A stretch of DNA of 13,004 nucleotides from the NCBI GenBank assembly GCA_046484135.1, contig JAWOBU010000079.1, positions 1 through 13,004 of the forward strand. The letters are read 5' to 3'. The position numbers and the translations under genes are program-made. The notes under the pieces are model-generated. The model had not been told where the DNA came from, ran no database searches, and saw only the letters and a program-made list of their open reading frames with translations. Shown here piece after piece: positions 5,947-13,004 of the stretch; position 1 is the first letter of the stretch; each line of letters opens with the position of its first letter. This stretch comes from a bacterium. GTDB taxonomy: Bacteria > RBG-13-61-14 > DATKZS01.

Positions 5947-7113
5947 TTATCTTACCAGGGCCGCCCTGATAGTGTCTTCTCCCTGGCTCAGGATGCGTGG
6001 CTTCCCTCCGTCCACTTTTGCTCCCTCGAGCCACCGGGCCAGGGTCTCTGCACTTACTGTGGTTGTGGCCTCGTACCGTACCTCGCCGGGCGAGGCCCCG
6101 GAAAGGACCACCTCTGACACGCCGGGGGCCTGTTCCCGAAGCATGGCGGCGAACTCCTGCATGTCCTGATATGAGCTCAAGCCGAGCAGGCTTACGGCGA
6201 TGGTCCTCTCTTCGCCCGGCTTGTACGTGGGCGCCCACGCCGAGTAGATTTTCAGAAGGGCATTTTCGCCGGCGCGGCCGCATAGCTTTTCCAGCGCCGG
6301 CGCCCGGTCGCGGGGACCGGAAAGCCGAGCCTTGGACTCGATCCTCTCCGACCAGAACACCCTTTCCTTGGCCAGGTCGGCGACCGCGATTAAAAGCACG
6401 GCATTGGTGTCCTTGCTTTCCTCATAGCCGGGCAATTTTCCTTTCCCCACCACCATGGCGGACACCCCGAGCTTCTGTTCCAGCTCCTGGAAGACCTCTT
6501 TTTTCTGCTCTTCCGAGCGGGGGTTCAGGATTTTATCGAGGTCGAGCTCGGGCGATTTCCCGCCGGGTTCCACCACCTCGATCCCGTACTCTCCGAGCCG
6601 CTCCGAAATGGCGGCCTCACAAGGGTTTAAGGTCCGGGCGATGCCCCTGGGTTTTTGCCAGGCGCTTTTGATCTGTTCGTCTCCGGCGCGGCAGGGCACG
6701 AACAGGAACACCTTGGGCAGGGACCGGGCCGGCATAAGACCGTACTTTTTCAGTTCCTTGTCTATCATCTCCCGGTCCAGCTCTACCCTTACCTGTAAGG
6801 TGAGCACTCCCTTGCTCTCGGACTCCTTTACGATCTCGAAGGACCGGGTCATTTTGTCCGCCTTCTTGATGAGCTTTTGCACCTCTTTCCGGTGTCGCTG
6901 GCGAATGGGGCCCGGCACCCGCTCTTCAATGTAATTTGCAAGCGCCTTCTCCCGGGCGTCGGCGATGGCTTTGTCGCGGGCGTTTTTCCCCGCCTCGGCC
7001 TTGCCGGTTAGCGGCTCGGGCTCGGCTGCTTCTTCGTTTTGTTTCTGAGCCGGGCTTACGGCAGCCACGGCCATTATGACAAGTAACGCTACAGTTGCCG
7101 TCAGTCTTTTCAT
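5947..7113 (-). CDS. Exported hypothetical protein, FlgT N-terminal-like / DUF2066-like architecture
   Basis: Sec signal peptide (MKRLTATVALLVIMAVAAVSPA). The pattern ARDKAIADAREKAL...FEIVKE...LQVRVELD recalls FlgT_N. A small C-terminal alpha/beta domain (ISLLGLSSYQD-type segment) follows. Family call is by eye. Confidence 0.65.
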   Translation of the reverse strand: MKRLTATVALLVIMAVAAVSPAQKQNEEAAEPEPLTGKAEAGKNARDKAIADAREKALANYIEERVPGPIRQRHRKEVQKLIKKADKMTRSFEIVKESESKGVLTLQVRVELDREMIDKELKKYGLMPARSLPKVFLFVPCRAGDEQIKSAWQKPRGIARTLNPCEAAISERLGEYGIEVVEPGGKSPELDLDKILNPRSEEQKKEVFQELEQKLGVSAMVVGKGKLPGYEESKDTNAVLLIAVADLAKERVFWSERIESKARLSGPRDRAPALEKLCGRAGENALLKIYSAWAPTYKPGEERTIAVSLLGLSSYQDMQEFAAMLREQAPGVSEVVLSGASPGEVRYEATTTVSAETLARWLEGAKVDGGKPRILSQGEDTIRAALVR

Positions 7114-7127
7114 CGGAGTTCTCCGTT

Positions 7128-10100
7128 TTACGCCGCCACCATCCGGACCGCCTCTTCTCCCAGCATCTCTTCCATGGCCCGGATGAGCTCCTGGTCGGGC
7201 CGCGCCGAGTAGTCGGGAGGCAGGGACACCAGGGTCTCGGACTGTCCGGGAATGACCACGTGCACGATGACCTGTGCTTTCCCGCGGTGCCTTTTCAGTA
7301 CGCTTGCCAGGTAGTCCACCTGCTCGGCAGTAGCCTGGGGACGGTTCAGGGTAAGATGAATCTTGATGGACAGTCTTTCCGAGGCCTCTTCCAGGGGAAA
7401 GATTTCGCTGGCCAGTATCTTGGCCTTGTCCCCGGATATGCCGACCCTGCCGCGGACGAGAAGGGGAAGCTCCTCCTGGTCCAGGTACGGCAAGACGTCC
7501 TTGTAAACGTTTGCGAAAACCACGACCTCGATGCGGCCCGTCAAGTCGCTCAGGGTTATGAAAGCCATCCGTTCCTGCTTGCCTTTTTTCTTGGTCATGG
7601 TCTCTTTCCTGGCTTCCACTATTCCTCCCACCAGCACCTCCTGCCCGTTGGCCATAAAGGGCACGGACGCGGTGTCCTTTATGCCGTAATCGTGCATCAT
7701 CTTTTCATAGCGCGCCAGCGGATGGCCGGTGAGGTAGAGCCCCAGAGCTTCTCTTTCGTTCGCCAGAAGCTCGGTGGAGGACCACTCGTCCACCTCGGGG
7801 AAGCTCTCCGTTGCATAGTCGTCTCCAGCCGACTCTCCCAGGAAGTCGAAGAAGCTGGCCTGTCCGGTCTCCCTTTCCCTGGCCGCCTGGTGCCCTTTTT
7901 CCATGGCCTTGTCCAGGGCGGCCATGAGCCGGCTCCGCTCGGTCCCGAGCTTGTCGAACGCCCCTCCTTTTATCAGGCTCTCGATGGTTTTCTTGTTCAC
8001 CCGTCTTAAGTCCACCCGGTTGCAGAAGTCGAAAAGCGAGCTAAAGGGTTTCTCCTGCCGGGCCTCTATAATGGCTTCCACCGCTCCTTCGCCCACGCCC
8101 TTGACCGCGCCCAGTCCATAACAGACACGGTCCTCCAGGGCGCGGAACCTCCAGAGGCTCGAGTTCACGTCGGGCGGGTCCACTGCTATCCCTTTTTGTT
8201 CACATTCCCGAAGATAGTTCATGATCTTGTCGGTGTCCTGCATGTCCATGGTCATGAGGGACGCCATGAACTCGACCGGGTAGTGGGCCTTGAGGTACGC
8301 CGTCTGATAGGCCACGTAAGCGTAGACCGCGGCGTGGGACTTGTTGAATCCGTAGTAGGCGAACTGGGCCATGTCATCGAATATCTGTTTGGCCTTGTCC
8401 TCCGGGATGTTGTTCTTGACGGCGCCGCTTATGAACTTGTCCTTCTGCGTGTCCATGAGCTCGACTATCTTCTTGCCCATGGCCTTGCGGAGTGTGTCCG
8501 CCTCCCCCATGCGGTAGCCGGCCAGCTTCACCGCCAGCTCCATGACCTGCTCCTGGTAAATCAGGAGCCCGTAGGTCTCTTTTAAAACTTCCTCCATGCT
8601 GGGTAGAGTATACTCGACTGCCTGCCGGCCGTGCTTTCTCTCGATGAACTTGTCCACGTAGCCCGCGTTGATGGGACCGGGGCGGTAGAGGGCGAGCACC
8701 GCTATGAGCTCCTCGAAGCAGTTGGGCTGGAGCCGGGAGAGGAGGTCTCTCATGCCCGAGCTTTCCACCTGGAACACGCCGCCGGTGTCGCCGCTTGCCA
8801 GGAGCTCGTAGGTTTTGGCGTCGTCCATGTCTACTGCGGCGGGGTCCAGGTCATACCGCTGGTTGTCCTTTATCATGTCGCGGCAGTACTTGATCTGGGT
8901 CAGGGTCTTGAGCCCCAGGAGGTCGAACTTTATAAGGCCGACCTTTTCCACGCACTTCATGTCGTACTGGGCCACCATGTCGTCGCTTCGGGGGTCCTTG
9001 TAAAGCGGGAGGTAGTCGGTAAGGGGCTTGTCCGATATGACTACCCCGGCGGCGTGGGTGGATGCGTGCCTGCTGATTCCTTCCAGGCTGCGGGCCAGGG
9101 ACAGGAGCTCTTTCACCTGGGGGTCCTTGTCCCGGAGCTCTTTCAGGCGAGGCTCGTTCTCGAGGGACTGGTCCAGGGTCTGGTTATTGGGGATGAGCTT
9201 GGCTATCTTGTCCACGTCGCCGTAGGGCATGTCCAGGACCCTGCCCACGTCTCTCAAGACCGCTTTTGCTTTCATGGTGCCGAAGGTTATGATCTGGGCC
9301 ACGTAGTCCGCTCCCCCGTACTTGTCGGTGACGTAACGGAGGACCTCTTCCCGCCGCTCCTGGCAGAAGTCTATGTCTATGTCCGGCATCTCCCTTCTTT
9401 CCGGGTTCAAGAACCTCTCGAAGATGAGGCCGTAGGCCAGCGGGTTCAAGTCGGTAATTCCCAGGCAGTAGGAGATGAAGCTGCCGGCCGCGGACCCCCG
9501 GCCGGGCCCGACCGGGATGCCCTGCGAGCGGGCGTAATTCACGAAGTCGGCGACGATGAGGAAATAGCCGGGAAAGCCCATGTCCTTTATGATGGACAGC
9601 TCGTAGTCAAACCTTTTTTGGTACTCCTCTTCTCTTTCGTCAAAGTGCGGGTCTGATTTCCGGATGTCGGGCAGCTTTTCTTTAAAGCCCTGGCGGGCCT
9701 TGTCCTCCAGGTACTTCTCCAGGCTTTCGTCTCCGGGGGTGTCGAAGCGCGGGAAGTGCAGGGTATGGAAGTTCAAGTCCAGGTTACATCTGCTTGCTAT
9801 CTCCAGGGTATTGGATACGGCTTCCGGGACCTCGGCGAACTTCTCTTTCATCTCGCCGGGCGAGCGGAAGTAGAACTCCTCGGTTGCCATCTTCATCCTT
9901 TTGTCGTCGGAGAGGGTCTTCTGGGTCTGGAGGCACAGGAGGACCTCGTGGGCCCGGGCCAGGTCCCCGCTCAGGTAGTGGCAGTCGTTGGTCGCGACCA
10001 CCGGCAGCTCCAGTCTTTTCCCGAGGGCCAGAAGCTCCCGGTTTATCCGCCGCTGGTCTTCGATCCCGTTCTCCTGGAGCTCGAGGTAGAAGCGGTTGTT

Positions 10101-10598
10101 GTCGAACACCTCCTTGTAAAAGGACGCCGTCTGCAAGGCCCGGTCATGGTCATCTTCCAACAGGGCCTCGGGGATTTCCCCCTTCAGGCAGGCGGAGAGA
10201 GCGATAAGACCTTCGTTGTACTCGGCAAGCAGGTCCCTGTCTATGCGCGGCTTGAAGTAAAACCCTTCCCGGTACGCCGTGCTGACCAGCTTGCACAGGT
10301 TCTGATAGCCCTTCGAGTTCTTGCACAAGAGTACCAGGTGGTTCCCTTGCGAGTCCCTGTCGAACCTGCTGTTAGGAGCAACATACACTTCGCAGCCGAT
10401 GATGGGCTTCAAGCCCTTCTCTTTCATGGCTTCATAGAACTTGATTGCGCCGAAGAGGTTCCCGTGGTCGGTAATGGCCACGGCCGGCATTTGAAAGCTC
10501 TCGGCCTGCGCGACCAGGTCGGGTATCTTGATCATTCCGTCCAGCAGGCTGTACTCGGTGTGTACATGAAGGTGTACGAAATCAGCCACTCCGTGCAT
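7128..10598 (-). CDS. dnaE: DNA polymerase III alpha subunit
   Basis: PHP motif HLHVHTEYSLLDG, GPGRGSAAGS, catalytic PDIDIDF, KFDLLGL, YGFNKSHA, clamp-binding QASFF and an OB fold. AAGGAG RBS 9 nt upstream. No intein is evident. Confidence 0.99.
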   Translation of the reverse strand: MHGVADFVHLHVHTEYSLLDGMIKIPDLVAQAESFQMPAVAITDHGNLFGAIKFYEAMKEKGLKPIIGCEVYVAPNSRFDRDSQGNHLVLLCKNSKGYQNLCKLVSTAYREGFYFKPRIDRDLLAEYNEGLIALSACLKGEIPEALLEDDHDRALQTASFYKEVFDNNRFYLELQENGIEDQRRINRELLALGKRLELPVVATNDCHYLSGDLARAHEVLLCLQTQKTLSDDKRMKMATEEFYFRSPGEMKEKFAEVPEAVSNTLEIASRCNLDLNFHTLHFPRFDTPGDESLEKYLEDKARQGFKEKLPDIRKSDPHFDEREEEYQKRFDYELSIIKDMGFPGYFLIVADFVNYARSQGIPVGPGRGSAAGSFISYCLGITDLNPLAYGLIFERFLNPERREMPDIDIDFCQERREEVLRYVTDKYGGADYVAQIITFGTMKAKAVLRDVGRVLDMPYGDVDKIAKLIPNNQTLDQSLENEPRLKELRDKDPQVKELLSLARSLEGISRHASTHAAGVVISDKPLTDYLPLYKDPRSDDMVAQYDMKCVEKVGLIKFDLLGLKTLTQIKYCRDMIKDNQRYDLDPAAVDMDDAKTYELLASGDTGGVFQVESSGMRDLLSRLQPNCFEELIAVLALYRPGPINAGYVDKFIERKHGRQAVEYTLPSMEEVLKETYGLLIYQEQVMELAVKLAGYRMGEADTLRKAMGKKIVELMDTQKDKFISGAVKNNIPEDKAKQIFDDMAQFAYYGFNKSHAAVYAYVAYQTAYLKAHYPVEFMASLMTMDMQDTDKIMNYLRECEQKGIAVDPPDVNSSLWRFRALEDRVCYGLGAVKGVGEGAVEAIIEARQEKPFSSLFDFCNRVDLRRVNKKTIESLIKGGAFDKLGTERSRLMAALDKAMEKGHQAARERETGQASFFDFLGESAGDDYATESFPEVDEWSSTELLANEREALGLYLTGHPLARYEKMMHDYGIKDTASVPFMANGQEVLVGGIVEARKETMTKKKGKQERMAFITLSDLTGRIEVVVFANVYKDVLPYLDQEELPLLVRGRVGISGDKAKILASEIFPLEEASERLSIKIHLTLNRPQATAEQVDYLASVLKRHRGKAQVIVHVVIPGQSETLVSLPPDYSARPDQELIRAMEEMLGEEAVRMVAA

Positions 10599-10636
10599 TC
10601 GCGTTCGCTCCTTTTTTATCGGTCCGGTTTAGTCCT

Positions 10637-12226
10637 TCATTCCCATTCGATGGTCGCCGGCGGTTTGGACGAGATGTCGTAGACCACCCGGTTTATTCCC
10701 TTGACCTCGTTAATGATCCGGTTTGATATCCGGGCCAGGAGCGGGTGGGGCAGGTCCGCCCAGTCAGCGGTCATGCCGTCCACGCTCTTTACCGCGCGGA
10801 TGGCCGCCACGAACTCGTAGGTCCTCTCGTCTCCCATCACCCCTACCGACTGCACCGGCAGAAGCACGGTAAAGTACTGCCATATGGACCGCCAGCCCTC
10901 CCAGCTTTCGATCTCGAAGGTCGCGATGGCGTCCGCCTTCCTTAGTATCTCGAGCCTTTCACCTGTTATCGCGCCTATGAGCCTCACCGCCAGGCCGGGA
11001 CCGGGGAAGGGCTGCCTCCACACCAGGTCCTCGGGAAGACCGAGCTCGGTGCCTACCTTCCGGACCTCGTCCTTGAAAAGCTCCCGCAAAGGCTCGACCA
11101 GCTCGAGGTCCATCCTCTCCGGCAGTCCGCCCACGTTGTGATGGCTCTTGATGGTGGCGGACGGCCCCCGATAGCTTATGCTCTCGATCACGTCCGGGTA
11201 GAGCGTCCCCTGTCCCAGGAACTTGACGCCCGGGATGTCCTTGGCCGCCCGCTCGAACACCTCGATGAACACCCTGCCGATCTGCTTTCTTTTCTCTTCC
11301 GGGTCAGCCACCCCTTCCAGCGCGTCCAGAAACTCGCGGGTGGCGTCAACCTCGACCAGGTTTATCTTGAAGTACTCCCGGAACACCCGGGCCACGCTCT
11401 CGGCCTCACCCTCCCGCAACAGACCGTTGTCAACCAGGATGCAGGTAAGCTTCTCCCCTACCGCCTGGTGGACCAACACCGCGGCCACCGATGAGTCCAC
11501 GCCCCCGGAGAGACCCATGATGATCTTATCATCACCCACCGTCTCCCGGATGCGGTCCACGCTCATCCGGATGAAGCTCTCCATGTTCCAGTCGCCCTCG
11601 AGCTCGGCGATGCTGTAAAGGAAGTTCCTGAGAATCTCCTTTCCGCGGGGAGTATGGGCGACCTCGGGGTGGAACTGAACGGCGTACAAGCGCTTCTTCT
11701 CGTCCTGCATGGCTGCCACCGGCGAGCTGTCGGTTTTGGCGATGACATGGAAGCCGGACGGCGGAGACTTGATCCGGTCGCCATGGCTCATCCATACCCT
11801 GATGCCTTTCTCTTCCTGTCCGTTGTCGCAGTGGATGGCCTGCTCCATCATATCGGCAGGCGGCCGGTCAAGCCCGCCAAACAGGTTGCCGTAATCCTCG
11901 ATAAGGAGACTTGCCTGCCCGTACTCCCGCTGCTCGGACTTCTCGACCTCTCCGCCCAGGAGCTTGGCCATGAGCTGGAGTCCGTAGCAGATGCCCAGGA
12001 CCGGCACTCCCAGCTCGAACACCCGTGGGTCGCAAGATGGCGAGTCCGGGTCGGTTACGCTGGCCGGCCCTCCGGAGAGGATCACCGCTTTCGGGTTGAA
12101 GCTTTCCATGTCCTCGAACGACATGGTGCAAGGATGTATCTCGCAGTAGACGGAGAGCTCGCGCACTCTTCTTGCGATGAGCATGGTGTACTGCGAGCCG
12201 AAATCCAGGATCAGGACTTTTTCCAT
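10637..12226 (-). CDS. guaA: GMP synthase (glutamine-hydrolysing)
   Basis: [42 protein letters not shown] and C-terminal KPPATIEWE. Confidence 0.99.
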   Translation of the reverse strand: MEKVLILDFGSQYTMLIARRVRELSVYCEIHPCTMSFEDMESFNPKAVILSGGPASVTDPDSPSCDPRVFELGVPVLGICYGLQLMAKLLGGEVEKSEQREYGQASLLIEDYGNLFGGLDRPPADMMEQAIHCDNGQEEKGIRVWMSHGDRIKSPPSGFHVIAKTDSSPVAAMQDEKKRLYAVQFHPEVAHTPRGKEILRNFLYSIAELEGDWNMESFIRMSVDRIRETVGDDKIIMGLSGGVDSSVAAVLVHQAVGEKLTCILVDNGLLREGEAESVARVFREYFKINLVEVDATREFLDALEGVADPEEKRKQIGRVFIEVFERAAKDIPGVKFLGQGTLYPDVIESISYRGPSATIKSHHNVGGLPERMDLELVEPLRELFKDEVRKVGTELGLPEDLVWRQPFPGPGLAVRLIGAITGERLEILRKADAIATFEIESWEGWRSIWQYFTVLLPVQSVGVMGDERTYEFVAAIRAVKSVDGMTADWADLPHPLLARISNRIINEVKGINRVVYDISSKPPATIEWE

Positions 12227-12248
12227 GTTCGTTTTCCCGGAGCCTTTA

Positions 12249-13004
12249 TTATCCCAGCCGGTAGTTGGGAGCTTCCTTGGTTATGATTACGTCGTGGACG
12301 TGGGACTCTCGGATGGACTGGTTGGTGTTTCTTATGAACCTGGCTTTTTCCTTGAGGTCCTTTACGGTGTGGCATCCGGTGTATCCCATGCCCGACTTCA
12401 GTCCGCCTATCAACTGGTAGATCACCGCGGACAGGGGGCCGCGATAGGGGACCCGTCCTTCAATGCCTTCCGGGACCAGCTTGCCCAGGGATATGCCCTG
12501 CTCATCGTCCACGTCGTTTAAGATGTCCTCCGGAGAGACCTCCTGGTTGTAGCGGATGGCGCCCCCCGAGCGCATGGCGTCAATACTGCCCATGCCCCGG
12601 TAGACCTTGTAGCTCCGGCCCTGGTAGAGGATCATCTCGCCCGGGCTCTCGTCCGTGCCCGCGAACAAGGACCCGATCATGACCGAGTCCGCGCCCGCGG
12701 CAATCACCTTGCTTACGTCCCCGCTGTACTTCACTCCACCGTCCGCTATCACGGTGACGCCCGAGCCTTTGACCGCGCTTGCGCATTCTGCCACCGCGGT
12801 GATCTGGGGAACCCCGATGCCGGCCACCACCCGGGTGGTGCAGATGGACCCCGGTCCCATGCCCACCTTGACCGCGTCCGCGCCCGCGTCCATGAGGGCC
12901 TTGGCGCCCTCCTTGGTGGCCACGTTACCGGCGATTATGCCGGCCTTGGGAAACTCCCTTTTTATGGCCTTTACCTGCTCGATCACTCCGCGAGAGTGGC
13001 CGTG
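12249..13004 (-). CDS. guaB: IMP dehydrogenase, 5'-truncated by the window edge
   Basis: The frame is open to the window end ([10 protein letters not shown]...). Motifs [15 protein letters not shown] (catalytic Cys), [27 protein letters not shown] and KEAPNY. Confidence 0.99.
   Translation of the reverse strand, partial: HGHSRGVIEQVKAIKREFPKAGIIAGNVATKEGAKALMDAGADAVKVGMGPGSICTTRVVAGIGVPQITAVAECASAVKGSGVTVIADGGVKYSGDVSKVIAAGADSVMIGSLFAGTDESPGEMILYQGRSYKVYRGMGSIDAMRSGGAIRYNQEVSPEDILNDVDDEQGISLGKLVPEGIEGRVPYRGPLSAVIYQLIGGLKSGMGYTGCHTVKDLKEKARFIRNTNQSIRESHVHDVIITKEAPNYRLG

Noticed and set aside
5930..6283. N-terminal extension of the 428-aa ORF 4997-6283
   Set aside because: It overlaps CDS 5947-7113. 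ATG 5929 has an RBS, begins a signal peptide and matches the length of the paralog.
824..12521. Many long plus-strand ORFs (e.g. 1675-2478, 3969-5045, 5156-6169, 7095-8009, 8631-9656, 9756-10682)
   Set aside because: They are antisense shadows of well-supported genes, as expected from GC-rich codon bias, and show no motifs.
1..13004. CRISPR array, tRNA/rRNA, intein in dnaE, or CBASS/Pycsar-type defence reading of the cNMP protein
   Set aside because: I saw no spaced repeats or RNA-gene signatures. DnaE is normal in length and colinear. No cyclase or toxic effector (TIR, nuclease) is present, and the partners are redox proteins.

Overview
Mostly GC-rich bacterial chromosomal window; the gene content suggests a deltaproteobacteria-like anaerobe, but that is inference. 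Nearly all genes are on the minus strand. Right to left: 5'-truncated guaB, guaA, dnaE, an exported FlgT_N/DUF2066-like protein, and two paralogous exported diheme cytochromes c, each apparently two tandem helical-bundle (class II-like) domains. These are followed by a translationally coupled trio: a protein with two cNMP-binding domains fused to a 16-Cys (4x[4Fe-4S]) ferredoxin module, a four-His cytochrome b-like membrane protein, and a membrane-anchored cytochrome c with seven heme motifs. This trio is the best candidate for an undescribed system: a transmembrane electron conduit possibly gated by cyclic nucleotide. The more AT-rich left end (1-~530) holds the 3' end of a possible transposase and a 35-aa ORF missing from the supplied track, with its own promoter-like motif, strong RBS and downstream hairpin. 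Family assignments come from motifs read by eye; no database search was run.
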